Assembly: GCA_965223845.1 (NCBI GenBank)
Contig: CBDCXR010000004.1
Span: 1,568,001 to 1,632,000, forward strand
Reading direction: 5' to 3'
DNA length: 64,000 bases
Source: Planctomycetota bacterium
Lineage (GTDB): Bacteria > Planctomycetota > UBA8108 > SXIK01
The notes under the pieces are model-generated. The model was given only the letters and a program-made list of their open reading frames with translations, ran no database searches and was not told the origin of the DNA. The position numbers and the translations under genes are program-made. Positions 49,990 to 59,988 of this stretch are shown here, one piece after another. Within the stretch, counting starts at the first letter, position 1; the number at the start of each line of letters is the position of its first letter.

Positions 49990-52900
49990 CTAGGTCGACG
50001 ACCGAAGCACGATCCGTTCCGTCTCCGCGCTGTCGACCGCACGGAAGAACTCGACGAGCGCCGCGACGTCCTCCGGTTCCACCGTCCCCGGCCTGAGCGT
50101 GAAGTCGCGGCGGACGACGACTTCGCCCGCCCCAGGTTCGTACTGGAGCGAGTAGGATCCGAGCGAGGAGAGAAGCGTCGCGCCGGCGGGGAGTCGAGCG
50201 ACGGCGAAACCGTCCGGAATCCGCAGTCGAGTGACGTCGCGGGAGACGCGAATCGCCCGCAGCACGAACGAATGTTCGCGTTCGGCCTTGCCGCCGTAGC
50301 TCCGAACGAGCTGGAGCGGCTGCGGAATCGGGCGGAAAAGAAACTCCCCGTCCGCTCCCGATTCGAGGACGCGCGTCGACTCGAGCTTCATGTGAATGCG
50401 AAACGGCTCGTCGTCGTCCAGCCCGTGAAACTCGCCGGCGGTGAGGCGGGCTCCCGGGTAGAGTCGTGTCGCCATTCCCTGGAGCGCGAAGCGACGCTGA
50501 AACTCTTGAATCGTTTTCATGCGATCTTTTTGCGCGAAGCCGGCGAAAACGCGCGAAGTCATGTCGATCACGACCGAAGCGGTCGGACCGTTTCCGTCGA
50601 GCGTGACGTCCACATCGAACGATGACGCGATCGAAGCGGGATCGAGACCTCGGAGCGACACCAAGCGACCGCGGGAAGCATCGGGAGCGATTATGTAGGC
50701 GACGCCTCCCGGAAGGACCTCCGGGAGGAGGCCGATCGGCAGATTTCGCTGCGCGAGCGTGATGAACCGCGGTTCGGCTCCCGGCGCTTCGAGGCAGACG
50801 TAGGGGCGCGCCTGGAACGACGAAGTCGACGGAAACCGCCAATCGATCGCCGGCATAAACTCCTCGTTCGGACGAAGAAACGCCCAGCTCGAACGGACTT
50901 GAGCGGCGTCGAGGAGCGCTTTGAAGAGCACCGTGCGGTCGCCGGCTTTTTCGAGCAGAACGGCGGCCGCGCTTCTCGAACCCCGCGGCGAGACGATCGA
51001 GTCGTTCACGAATTCGTAGAGAGCCCGCACCTTTTCGTCGTCCGTCTCCAGCCCTTCCGTCGCGGCCGCGGCCGCTCGGCGGACCTCGGAGGTGACGCGA
51101 GCCGAGCGCGCCACGCGAGCGTGAAGCCGGTGCGCGACTTCGTCCCAGTCGCTCGCTGCGGCAACTCGCACGGCCGGAATCAGTTCATCGGCCGAGGGTT
51201 GAAACGGCTCGGCGACGAGACGCGGAACTTCACGCGCTTCGTAAACGATGACTCGGGCGCCCCCCTCGAGCTCGGATTCGGTCTTCGTGACGCGCGCGAA
51301 CTCCGGGCCACCGTCCCGCCGATCTACGTCGAGGTTCGACTCTATGACTTCGGCATCCACTCCGGGGTCGAGCACGACGACGTACCGGCTGAGGAAGAAC
51401 GATTGCTCGAACTGCGGATCCTGGAAGTAAAACCGCGACCCGCGGAGCGGCCGACCGACGGGACGACTGCGGTCCACGCGGTAGGCGAACTCGACCCAGC
51501 TTCCGACTTTGAGTCCCGGCATGTCGTACGCACCGCGGCCCGTCGCGGGAACCGGCTCGAGAACGTTGCCGTCCGGATCGATCGAGCGGAGGAGGATCAC
51601 TTCACCCGGAGTCGGAACCGTCGAGAGCGACTCGACGGCCTCGTCGCTCAGAAGCCGAAACGCCTGGTGGGTGTACTCGGTCGACGAGCCGTCGGCTCGC
51701 AATCGGAGGACCGCGATGTCGAGGACGACGATCCCGCTCGCTTTGTCGACGAGCGGACCTTCGGCGGGGACTCGGTCCATCCAGTCTTCGAGGCGCTCGT
51801 CCCAAAGAGCGAACTCGTCGGACGTCGCTTCGTCGGTGCGCCAGCGCGCGCTCCTCAGATAGCGTTCGAGCTCCGATTGGCCGGGGTCGAGCGAGAGTGC
51901 TCGCTCGTACTCCTTGCGAGCTTCGTCGGCGGCTCCCGCCGCTTCGAGCGTTCGCGCGACCGCGAGAGCCAGAGTCGGCGACTGAGGGTTCTCGGCCGCG
52001 ACGCGGCGTCGAATCTCGAGCGCCTCGTCGAACCGGCCCGTGTCGGCGAGAAAGCGCGCGAGCGCATCGAGCGCGGGGCGTCGTCGTCCACTCACCTCGG
52101 CGTAGGCGCGATAGTGCTTTTCGGCATCCGCGAGAGCGCCTTGCTCCCACGCGAGCCGCCCGATCTCGCGCAGTCGATCGACGCTCGCGCGGTCGAGTGC
52201 GTAAGCCTTCTCGAGCGCGGAGCGCGCGGCGGCCGGATTCCCGAGGCTCTCGTAGCGTTCGGCCTCTACCGCATGCGGCAGTGGGGATTTCGGCAAGACC
52301 TTCGCGAGGCGCTCGATCACCTCGTGCTCGAGCGTGGTCCACTCCGCGGTCCGGTAGATCGAACGCAGCCGAAAGAGCCCGCGTACGAACCGCGGGTTCT
52401 GGGCGAGAGCCTTCTCGACGGTCGTCGCGGCTTCGCCGTACTTCGCGTCCTCCTCGAGGTAGCGCGCCACTCGCTCGTACGCGGGAAGAAACTTCGGGTC
52501 GATCTCGACGCACCGCTGGAACGAGGTCTCGGCTTGTGTCTTCCGTACCGTATCGGGAAGGTAGCCCGCGTAGCGGAACACTTGCCCCGTGTGGTAGAGA
52601 ATCGACGGCTCGTCAGGCGCGAGCTCGAGGGCGCGCTCGGCGGCTTCGACCGCGAGGTCATCCCGATCGTAGAAGATGGCGAGGCGCGCGAGCCCGGCGG
52701 CGTCGCGGGCCGCTTCGACCGCATCCGCCGCGACCGAAGGCGCCCTCGTTTCTTGCTCACGCGGACCGAGGACGCGTTCGACCCACACTGCGAGCGGAGT
52801 GCGGACCGGTGCCGTGGGCTGCTCTTCGGGAGCGCTGGCCTCGTGCAGCTCGGAATGGGAACTGATCTCGACCGCTTTCCGGTCGATCGGGCGACCACCG

Positions 52901-53721
52901 GGGTCCGTCAGGCGAAGCCGAAACGAGCCGCGGCACTTGACGAGCACGCGGTTCCATCCCGCGCTGAGGCGAACGAGCGAGCGTCGCGGCGACGGCTCGA
53001 AGGTCGGGCGGTTCACGTCGCGTACGACGACGGTGCCGTTCAGCCAGACGAGAAGCTCGTCGGCCGATTCGCGTTCGAAGCAGACATCGATCGCGGTGGC
53101 CGCGCGGAGTTCGGTCTGAGCGTAAAACGTCCCCGATCGGGGATGGAGATGCTGCGTTGGACGCACTGACGAGCGATCCGGTGGAATCTCGATCCGCTGC
53201 CAACGCAGTTGCTGCCAACCATCGGCGTGATCGACGTCGAGGCCGGGCTGCGTTTCGACGCCGTACGCGTAGTCGAGCGAACGGCTCTCCGTCTTCCCGA
53301 AGGGGCCGATGACCCACCACGTCCGCAGATGGCCGTCACGCGCACGGCGGGCCGCGGCGCCGTCGCGGTCTCCCCGCTGCGCGGCGAGGAGTGCGAGAAC
53401 ACGCTCGAGCGGAGTCTCGGTCCACCCGGAGAGCGCCCCTCCGGTGGCGAGTCGCGTCAACTCTTCCTCGAGCGCGTAGGGATCGCTGAGATCGGAGACG
53501 AGATCGGCGAGACGGCGCGCGAGAAGCTCGCTTCTCGGGTCGTCGCCGTAGCGCCGGAGGCCGTCGAGCAAGGCCTGCGCTAGCGCGTCGGCATCACCCG
53601 CGCGTTCGGCATCGGAGCCGATCGCGATCTGCGCGAGGCGCGGAGCCGCTTCGGCCGGGAGCGCTCCCGAGAGCGAGAGAGCGAGGGTCACCGTCCAGAG
53701 AGTCAACGTGCGATGGAGCAT
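49990..53721 (-). CDS. TPR + DUF3857 + transglutaminase-like protein, catalytic Cys absent, 1243 aa
   Basis: Signal peptide; WWVIGPF jelly-roll; TPR array; MPGLKVGSWVEFAY; KVRALYEFV; AGDRTVLF in place of GDCKD. Confidence 0.8.
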   Translation of the reverse strand: MLHRTLTLWTVTLALSLSGALPAEAAPRLAQIAIGSDAERAGDADALAQALLDGLRRYGDDPRSELLARRLADLVSDLSDPYALEEELTRLATGGALSGWTETPLERVLALLAAQRGDRDGAAARRARDGHLRTWWVIGPFGKTESRSLDYAYGVETQPGLDVDHADGWQQLRWQRIEIPPDRSSVRPTQHLHPRSGTFYAQTELRAATAIDVCFERESADELLVWLNGTVVVRDVNRPTFEPSPRRSLVRLSAGWNRVLVKCRGSFRLRLTDPGGRPIDRKAVEISSHSELHEASAPEEQPTAPVRTPLAVWVERVLGPREQETRAPSVAADAVEAARDAAGLARLAIFYDRDDLAVEAAERALELAPDEPSILYHTGQVFRYAGYLPDTVRKTQAETSFQRCVEIDPKFLPAYERVARYLEEDAKYGEAATTVEKALAQNPRFVRGLFRLRSIYRTAEWTTLEHEVIERLAKVLPKSPLPHAVEAERYESLGNPAAARSALEKAYALDRASVDRLREIGRLAWEQGALADAEKHYRAYAEVSGRRRPALDALARFLADTGRFDEALEIRRRVAAENPQSPTLALAVARTLEAAGAADEARKEYERALSLDPGQSELERYLRSARWRTDEATSDEFALWDERLEDWMDRVPAEGPLVDKASGIVVLDIAVLRLRADGSSTEYTHQAFRLLSDEAVESLSTVPTPGEVILLRSIDPDGNVLEPVPATGRGAYDMPGLKVGSWVEFAYRVDRSRPVGRPLRGSRFYFQDPQFEQSFFLSRYVVVLDPGVDAEVIESNLDVDRRDGGPEFARVTKTESELEGGARVIVYEAREVPRLVAEPFQPSADELIPAVRVAAASDWDEVAHRLHARVARSARVTSEVRRAAAAATEGLETDDEKVRALYEFVNDSIVSPRGSRSAAAVLLEKAGDRTVLFKALLDAAQVRSSWAFLRPNEEFMPAIDWRFPSTSSFQARPYVCLEAPGAEPRFITLAQRNLPIGLLPEVLPGGVAYIIAPDASRGRLVSLRGLDPASIASSFDVDVTLDGNGPTASVVIDMTSRVFAGFAQKDRMKTIQEFQRRFALQGMATRLYPGARLTAGEFHGLDDDEPFRIHMKLESTRVLESGADGEFLFRPIPQPLQLVRSYGGKAEREHSFVLRAIRVSRDVTRLRIPDGFAVARLPAGATLLSSLGSYSLQYEPGAGEVVVRRDFTLRPGTVEPEDVAALVEFFRAVDSAETERIVLRSST

Positions 53722-53819
53722 GGGAGTCGAGTTTCGGGCCGAGGGGCGAGGCGGTTGATTCAGCCGCGGCGATCCGAATGCGGAAGAAGCTCGGAGCGTC
53801 GCTGTAAGGGAAGGTCCAT

Positions 53820-56800
53820 TCAGGTGCGCTCGAGGAGGATGCGCTTCCGATCGAGTTCTCCGATCGCGCTCGTGAATTCGCGAAACACGTCGTATTCGGC
53901 GACGTCCACTCGCGCCGCGCGAACTTCGATGGTCCGGCGGACCACGACGCGCTGCGGCGAATCCGCGGTGTACTCGACCCGGATGAGGCCGTGCGCGGTC
54001 TCTTTCTCGAGCGGCTCCGGGAGAGATTTCACCCGCAGGCCGGCGGGAAGCTCGTACACGGTTTCGAGCGATGATCGTCGTGGATTGCCGACGAGGACGT
54101 CGAAACGCCGCTCCTCGAGCCCGCCGAGGGCCGCGAGCTGCGCCGAAGACGAGAAGAAGTCGCTCTCGGGCCTGAGCGTCAGCCCCTCGGGCGCTTCGAC
54201 CACGAACTTGGGCACGCGGATCGACGCGCGAAGAGACACCGGCTGATCGAGATCGCCGAGGGCGGAGAATTCCTGTGCCTCGATGGTCGAACCGGCGAAC
54301 TTGCGCGAGAACCACCGCTCGAGTGTCTCCTTTCGCTTCGATTCGATCTCGAAGGAGCGGCGTACGTACACCGCGTAGTCGCCAGTGCACTCGACGCGAA
54401 GATCGAGCTCGGCTCCGAGATCCTCGTCGACGCGAACCCGCGTCTCCTCGATGAGTTGAAGCCGGTTCGGATCGTTCCACGGGATCTCCTTCAGCTCGCC
54501 GCCGTCTGGATTCACGACGAGGACGTCCGCGCCGCGATCCATCGACGGGAGCTCTTCGAGAGCGTGTCGCTGAGCCGTGCCGTCGAGAAAGAGCTCGGGG
54601 TGTTCGTCGCTCCCCGGAATGTAGGTGATGCAGTGATTGAAGTGGTTGACGAGCGGCAGCGAGAGGTCTTCGTTCGCGCGCGACTGTGTGCCGTAGATGA
54701 GAACGGGATACGCGTCGATGCCGACTTCCTTCAGCATGACGGACATCAGCGTCGCCTTGTCTTTACAGTCGCCGAACTTGCGCGCGAAGATGTTCGCCGC
54801 GTTGTACGGCTTGAATCCGTGAACGCCGAACTCCCACATGTTGTAGCGAATGTCGGTGACGATGAAGTTGTAGATAGCACGGATCCGCTCGAGATCGTTC
54901 TCCGCGCCACTCGTGAGCTCACGCACCTTGCGGCGGATCTCGGGACTGCTCTCGAATTGCTTTCGGATGAGATTCCAGTACCAGGAGGTGAACTCCGTCC
55001 AATTCGCAAACGTCGACACTTCGAGGAGCGGGCTGATCTCGGTGAGCGGCGGCATCCCGGGCTCGGCTTCGAGCTTCGGGACGTTCTTTGCGACCCATTC
55101 ATAGACGATCGAGTCGGACTCCGGTCGGTCCTCGACTCTCGGCTCGACGTCGAAGTTGCGCCGATGAAAGTTGAAGCGTCGCGCGCGCGGTACTTCGAGG
55201 ACGAAGACCTTCTCGCGGATGGGGACACTCTGCTGAAAGAGCTCGCGGTGGCCGAAGTAGTCGCCGAAGAAACTTTGCCGAGTATCCTGGCGGATGTACT
55301 CGACTTCGACGACGTCACCGGGAGAGAGCGGGGGAAGATCGATCCCGCCTCGGCGGTAGGTTCCGGATCCACCGCGTTCGCCACCGTAGCGCTCGAGCTT
55401 GGCGTCCGTCACGCGTCCGTCCCGGTGGTGGACGCGCCCTTTGACGAACTCGAGCTCGTGATCGCCGTCAGCGTAGTAGGTCCCGAAGGTGTCGTACTGC
55501 CTGACCCCGTAGTCGTTGAGCACTTCGACGACGGTTTGGTGAAACTCCCGTGCCGTTCCGTCGACGTTCACTTCGGTTGCCGTCAGCTCGAACAGGATGC
55601 GTGCCGGTGACTCCTCGTCGTCGCGCTCGGCGGCCAGAGCCGCTGCGATGACGCTGGCGACGTCGCGACGGTGCTCGTCTTCGAACGAATCCCCACTCGC
55701 GCGCAGATACTCGACGTAATCGCGGATCTGTGGCGAATTCGGTTTCAGCTCGAGAACGCGATCGAAACTGGCCAGCGCCGACGCGCGCTCTCCCGACCGG
55801 AGCTCGAGTCGCGCTCGTCGTTCGACGAGATCGGGATCATCCGGACAGATGGCGACCGCGCGCGCAATCGCCGCGAGAGCGCCGTCCAAGTGATCGCGTC
55901 CCTCGTGAAAGCGAGCGATCTCACCGAGCCACGCGTCCGAGTATGGATCGAGCGTGTGTCCCTCCTCGAGGAGGGAGAGAGCTTCTTCGTCGCGAGCGGT
56001 ACCCGCGAGGAGAGTGGCGAGACGAGAGCGGAGCCTGCCGTCGAGAGCATTCGTCGCCAGTCGCTCGCGGAGGAGTCGTTCGGCCTCGGCGAGCTTGCCC
56101 GCGCGGAGCGTCTTGTCGATCCGTTCGGAGCGCGTAAGGACACTCGCGTTTGGAAGTGCCGCCAAATCTCGCTCGAGCCGCTCGGCCGCGAGAGGAAATC
56201 CCGCTGCCGTCGCGATGTCGGCGCGGAGGCGCAACGCCGCCTCGCACGACGGATTGAGCTCGAGTGCACGATCGCAGTACGTTCGCGACACCGTCAGGTT
56301 GCGGAACTGACGGTAGTAGTAGCGACCGAGCTCGTACGCCGCACGTGCGGATCCGCGGTCGAGTGCGGTGAGCATCGTCCGACGCCACGCGTTTTCTTCC
56401 TGGCGCGCGGCGATCGAGACATTGCGCCGCCGGCTCGAGGCGAGGCTCAGGTAGTAGAGCGACGGGTCGGCGTCGAGTGCGACGGCGCGCTCGATCCACT
56501 CTTCGTCCGGGTGTTCGTTTTCGTCGTGCGGGTGGAGCTGAAGGAAGAGCGCTCCGAGACGGTAAGCCTCGCGCGCGTCGGTCGTCTCGGGCGTCGTCGC
56601 CGCGGCGAGTTCCTCGAGGACGTTCGGTCGGATCTTTGGGGATTCGTTCGACGATCCTTCGGCCGGTCCCTCCGGAATCTTCGCGCGTTCCTCGGCCGGC
56701 GCGTCGCCCTCCTCGACGTCGGCGAGCGGGCTCCCGTCGGGCGCGGTGACCCGCGCCGAGAAGCGCCACGGCCCCTTCGACTGCGCGAGCTTGACGAGGA

Positions 56801-57647
56801 TTTGATTCCACCCCTTTCGGAGCCGAACACCGGCGGAATCCTGGCCCCGGCGGAACGGCCGATGGAGGTTCTTCGACTGAACGAGCTCCCCGTTCACCCA
56901 GAGCTTGTAGGAGTCTTTGGTGCCGAGACGAATCGCGACCGTCTGCGCGCTCGCCGACTCGAGATAAGTGAGCGCGTACGCGAGACACTCCTCGTTCGGC
57001 TCGAACAGACTGCCGAGGTCGACGAGACCGGCGAGCGGGGTGGAGGGAAGCTCTCGCCACGAGACGCGTTGAGTTTTTCCGTTGTACGCGGCGGTGAAGT
57101 CGACGGGCTCGGTTTCCGGCGGGTACGCGGTTTCGAAACCCCCGCCGCGTTCGTTGTCGAACGGACCGATGACGCGCCAGCGTTCGAGGTACCCGAGCGG
57201 CCTCCAGCGTTCGCGCGCCGCGTCGACGGACGCGCCCTGCGCGAGGTCCAGATAGCCGAGCTGTCGTCTCGCCCAAGCCGCGGTGAGCGGCAGGTCGTCG
57301 CGCTTCGACCACGACTCGAGCGCGCTCGCGTCCTCAACGGATTCGCCGGTGACGCCGCGGAGACCGGCGAGACGAACGAACACGAGGACGGCTTCCCCTC
57401 GCCACGGAGCGAGCGCTTCGGGAGGAAGTGGAGCGGCCAGTCGAAGCGCCGTCCGGTAAGCCTCGGACGCGGCGAACGGTTCGCCGGCGGCGATTTTCGC
57501 TTCGGCGCGCGCGATCGACTGGTTCGCTAGGGCGAGCGCTGCGTCGTCGGCAAAGAGTCCGCCGGGGCGCACTGCGAGGCCGGCGAAGACGACCAGCGGA
57601 ATCAGAATCGGGCCGGATCGGGGGCGGGACGGTCGCGGTGTTTGCAT
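53820..57647 (-). CDS. TPR + DUF3857 + transglutaminase-like protein with intact triad
   Basis: Signal peptide; WRVIGPFDN; TPR array; LPPLSPGDVVEVEY; GDCKDKATL, FNHCI, FLDGT. Confidence 0.88.
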   Translation of the reverse strand: MQTPRPSRPRSGPILIPLVVFAGLAVRPGGLFADDAALALANQSIARAEAKIAAGEPFAASEAYRTALRLAAPLPPEALAPWRGEAVLVFVRLAGLRGVTGESVEDASALESWSKRDDLPLTAAWARRQLGYLDLAQGASVDAARERWRPLGYLERWRVIGPFDNERGGGFETAYPPETEPVDFTAAYNGKTQRVSWRELPSTPLAGLVDLGSLFEPNEECLAYALTYLESASAQTVAIRLGTKDSYKLWVNGELVQSKNLHRPFRRGQDSAGVRLRKGWNQILVKLAQSKGPWRFSARVTAPDGSPLADVEEGDAPAEERAKIPEGPAEGSSNESPKIRPNVLEELAAATTPETTDAREAYRLGALFLQLHPHDENEHPDEEWIERAVALDADPSLYYLSLASSRRRNVSIAARQEENAWRRTMLTALDRGSARAAYELGRYYYRQFRNLTVSRTYCDRALELNPSCEAALRLRADIATAAGFPLAAERLERDLAALPNASVLTRSERIDKTLRAGKLAEAERLLRERLATNALDGRLRSRLATLLAGTARDEEALSLLEEGHTLDPYSDAWLGEIARFHEGRDHLDGALAAIARAVAICPDDPDLVERRARLELRSGERASALASFDRVLELKPNSPQIRDYVEYLRASGDSFEDEHRRDVASVIAAALAAERDDEESPARILFELTATEVNVDGTAREFHQTVVEVLNDYGVRQYDTFGTYYADGDHELEFVKGRVHHRDGRVTDAKLERYGGERGGSGTYRRGGIDLPPLSPGDVVEVEYIRQDTRQSFFGDYFGHRELFQQSVPIREKVFVLEVPRARRFNFHRRNFDVEPRVEDRPESDSIVYEWVAKNVPKLEAEPGMPPLTEISPLLEVSTFANWTEFTSWYWNLIRKQFESSPEIRRKVRELTSGAENDLERIRAIYNFIVTDIRYNMWEFGVHGFKPYNAANIFARKFGDCKDKATLMSVMLKEVGIDAYPVLIYGTQSRANEDLSLPLVNHFNHCITYIPGSDEHPELFLDGTAQRHALEELPSMDRGADVLVVNPDGGELKEIPWNDPNRLQLIEETRVRVDEDLGAELDLRVECTGDYAVYVRRSFEIESKRKETLERWFSRKFAGSTIEAQEFSALGDLDQPVSLRASIRVPKFVVEAPEGLTLRPESDFFSSSAQLAALGGLEERRFDVLVGNPRRSSLETVYELPAGLRVKSLPEPLEKETAHGLIRVEYTADSPQRVVVRRTIEVRAARVDVAEYDVFREFTSAIGELDRKRILLERT

Positions 57648-57802
57648 CGAACAGGATCGTCGGCGAATGGAGAGAGTCGAGGTGCGGATCGGATCGGCCG
57701 GACGGCGATCCGTTCCGCGAACGTATTCACTACGAAAGACCCGCAGGGTCGGTGCCGCGCATGGACGCGCCAGCTCCGGGCGCGAGCCGGACGAGATGCG
57801 CG

Positions 57803-59182
57803 CTAGCGATCTTCTTCCCGTCGGACGATGCGCGCGTCGGCCCAGTCGGCTCGGTCGAGCACGGAGTTCATCGTTCCGGGTACACCTCCGAAATCGACTT
57901 CGAGCGAGAGCGTCTCGCCGCCGGCGACCGGAACCGAAATCGGAACCGGTTCATCGCGCCAGGTCATGGCGCGCTCGAAGAGAAGTTTCTGATCGACTCG
58001 AACGCGGAAAACGACCGACGCCACGTTCGCGCGTGCGGCGTCCGGACTCTTCGGCCTCGCCGAATCGTCGAGCCCGATCGTCGCATGGAATCGCAGCGCC
58101 GCCTCGTCGAGCTCGTAGACGAGGAGCGAGTACGAGTGCACGCCGAGTCCCTTTCGGTACGGCCGACCGTTCATCCGCAGCGGGCCGTGAAGGACGTTCG
58201 TGTCGCGCTTGAACTCGAAGCGGCGAGTGAGTTGAAAGAGCGGGCCCGGAAACTCGTCCTTCGCCTTCGGATCGAGATCCGACAGGTACTCGACGCGGTC
58301 GTTTGCAAAGGAAATTGCGCTCACTCGCTTCGGCGAAGACGTCCAGCGGTCGAGGTGCGCGTGCTCGAGAACGATTTCGTTCGGAGAGAGCGAGACCAGC
58401 GCACCCGAAAGAGTATCGCCCGAGACCAGATGGAGCTCGACCGCCTGAGCGGCGTCGGCGGCCGGAGGAGACGAAGGCTCGATGTCTTCGTCCGGATCGG
58501 CGAGGACGACGGCCTCGATCTTTCGGTAGGGGAGCTCGAGGTCGCCCAGTCGATCCGAGTTGACGACGAGGCGCTCGTTCGCGAATTCCTCGACGAGACC
58601 GACGATGCGGTTGGTCGCGTCGTCCGGGCGATCGGATCGGACGAACACGGTGTCGTCTTCCGAGCGGACGGCGGCGAGCCGCCGCCAGAGACGCGACTCG
58701 GCGCCCGCCGCGTCCGACGCGAGGCCGGGAGTGCCCGCGACCGACGCGGCCGGCGCGAGCGCACGGATGGCGTAGAGCGGGACATCCCGCGGAGCGGACG
58801 CGCCGAGAAGAGTGAGTCCGAGCGCGTCTTCGTCGAGATCCGCCGACGGGGCGCTGAGTCGGGCTCGGGCGACATCTCCGTTCCGAAACCGGACGAGCCA
58901 AAACGACGAGCCGTCACTCCCTGAAGACGGGGTCGAGATGCGTCGGAACCGGACGCCGAGGAGCTCGTCGAGTGCGATTCGTTGCCCGCCTACATCGAGA
59001 AAGCGACCGCCGTCCTCAACTCGGATCGCGACCGCCGGATCCTCCGGAAAAGTGAGAGCTCTCGTCTCGGTGAGCGTGTCGACCTCGACGACCACTTCGG
59101 CCACGGGTGCGGCGCGGAGGGCGGGTTGCGCAGCGTCCGGCGCGGTGAGTTGAGCAAGGACCGAGACCAGAATCGAGATCAT
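57803..59182 (-). CDS. Exported NPCBM/NEW2 domain protein
   Basis: YLSDLDP; YRKGLGVHSYS.L.Y.L; FHATIGLDD; VVFRVRVD; LSLEVDFG; ADWADAR. Confidence 0.88.
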   Translation of the reverse strand: MISILVSVLAQLTAPDAAQPALRAAPVAEVVVEVDTLTETRALTFPEDPAVAIRVEDGGRFLDVGGQRIALDELLGVRFRRISTPSSGSDGSSFWLVRFRNGDVARARLSAPSADLDEDALGLTLLGASAPRDVPLYAIRALAPAASVAGTPGLASDAAGAESRLWRRLAAVRSEDDTVFVRSDRPDDATNRIVGLVEEFANERLVVNSDRLGDLELPYRKIEAVVLADPDEDIEPSSPPAADAAQAVELHLVSGDTLSGALVSLSPNEIVLEHAHLDRWTSSPKRVSAISFANDRVEYLSDLDPKAKDEFPGPLFQLTRRFEFKRDTNVLHGPLRMNGRPYRKGLGVHSYSLLVYELDEAALRFHATIGLDDSARPKSPDAARANVASVVFRVRVDQKLLFERAMTWRDEPVPISVPVAGGETLSLEVDFGGVPGTMNSVLDRADWADARIVRREEDR

Positions 59183-59613
59183 GGGACTCCGTCGGAGTGG
59201 AGAGAGCGAGGAGCGAACGAGAATCGACCGGCGAGACGCGGCGGTTCCCCTTCATCTCTCGGACGGTGAGCGTAGCGGACTGCCCGTTCTTCTCGGCGGA
59301 TTCAGCACCTGGGCCTCTCTGCGTCCGTCGCAGGATGGGCGCGGACGGACGCTTCACTCGGGCCCGTCCCGTCGGTCTCGCGTGTCCGGAAGCAGCGCGG
59401 GTGGGATGTCCGCCGGGGATTCGGCCGGAGCGACGACACCCTCCGGGAATCAGAGACCGGCAATCGCTGTCCGTGGGCGTGGGACCGACCGGACGCGCGG
59501 CGGCGCTCAGCGCTCGCCCCCCGACACCAATGTTCCGGAAAGGCGCGCGATCGGGATTCTATGTCTCGTTACGGAAAGCTTCCACCAAAAACGGTTTGCG
59601 ACGATGGCGGTCC

Positions 59614-59641
59614 TTGCAAAAACGACTCGCGGGGTTATCTT
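59614..59641 (+). promoter_or_regulatory. Possible sigma70 promoter upstream of the SPOR-like gene
   Basis: TTGCAA-N16-TATCTT in a locally AT-richer patch, about 350 bp before the ATG. Confidence 0.45.
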
Positions 59642-59988
59642 CTCGGAAGGTGAAGAGTGCGTTTCGTTGCGACGCGGGTCGACTCGTCAGAGGGTCGATC
59701 TCGGGCGAGCGAAAGCGCCGTCGACGACACGGAGTCGAGTGTCCCGTGCAAGCCGGCTGAAGGCCTCGCCGGTCGAACGCATGGGAGGCCAGAGAGAGGA
59801 GCCACGCGCCTGCGTCCGTGACGTTGCGGTCGCCGACCGTCGACCTCGACGTGTCGGGGCGCGCAAGGACGTTCCGATCGCCGCGGCGATCGGCGTCCGC
59901 ACGCGGCGGGCTCGCGTGACCTCGACCCTCCCGGCCAGACCAGGCCGGTGAAGAGCGACGAGAGCGGAAGAGAAGGAGAGGGGGAACG

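Noticed and set aside
59375-59400. CCGGAAGCAGC resembling SRP RNA domain IV
   Set aside because: The CAGG-GNRA-AGCA helix 8 arrangement is absent.
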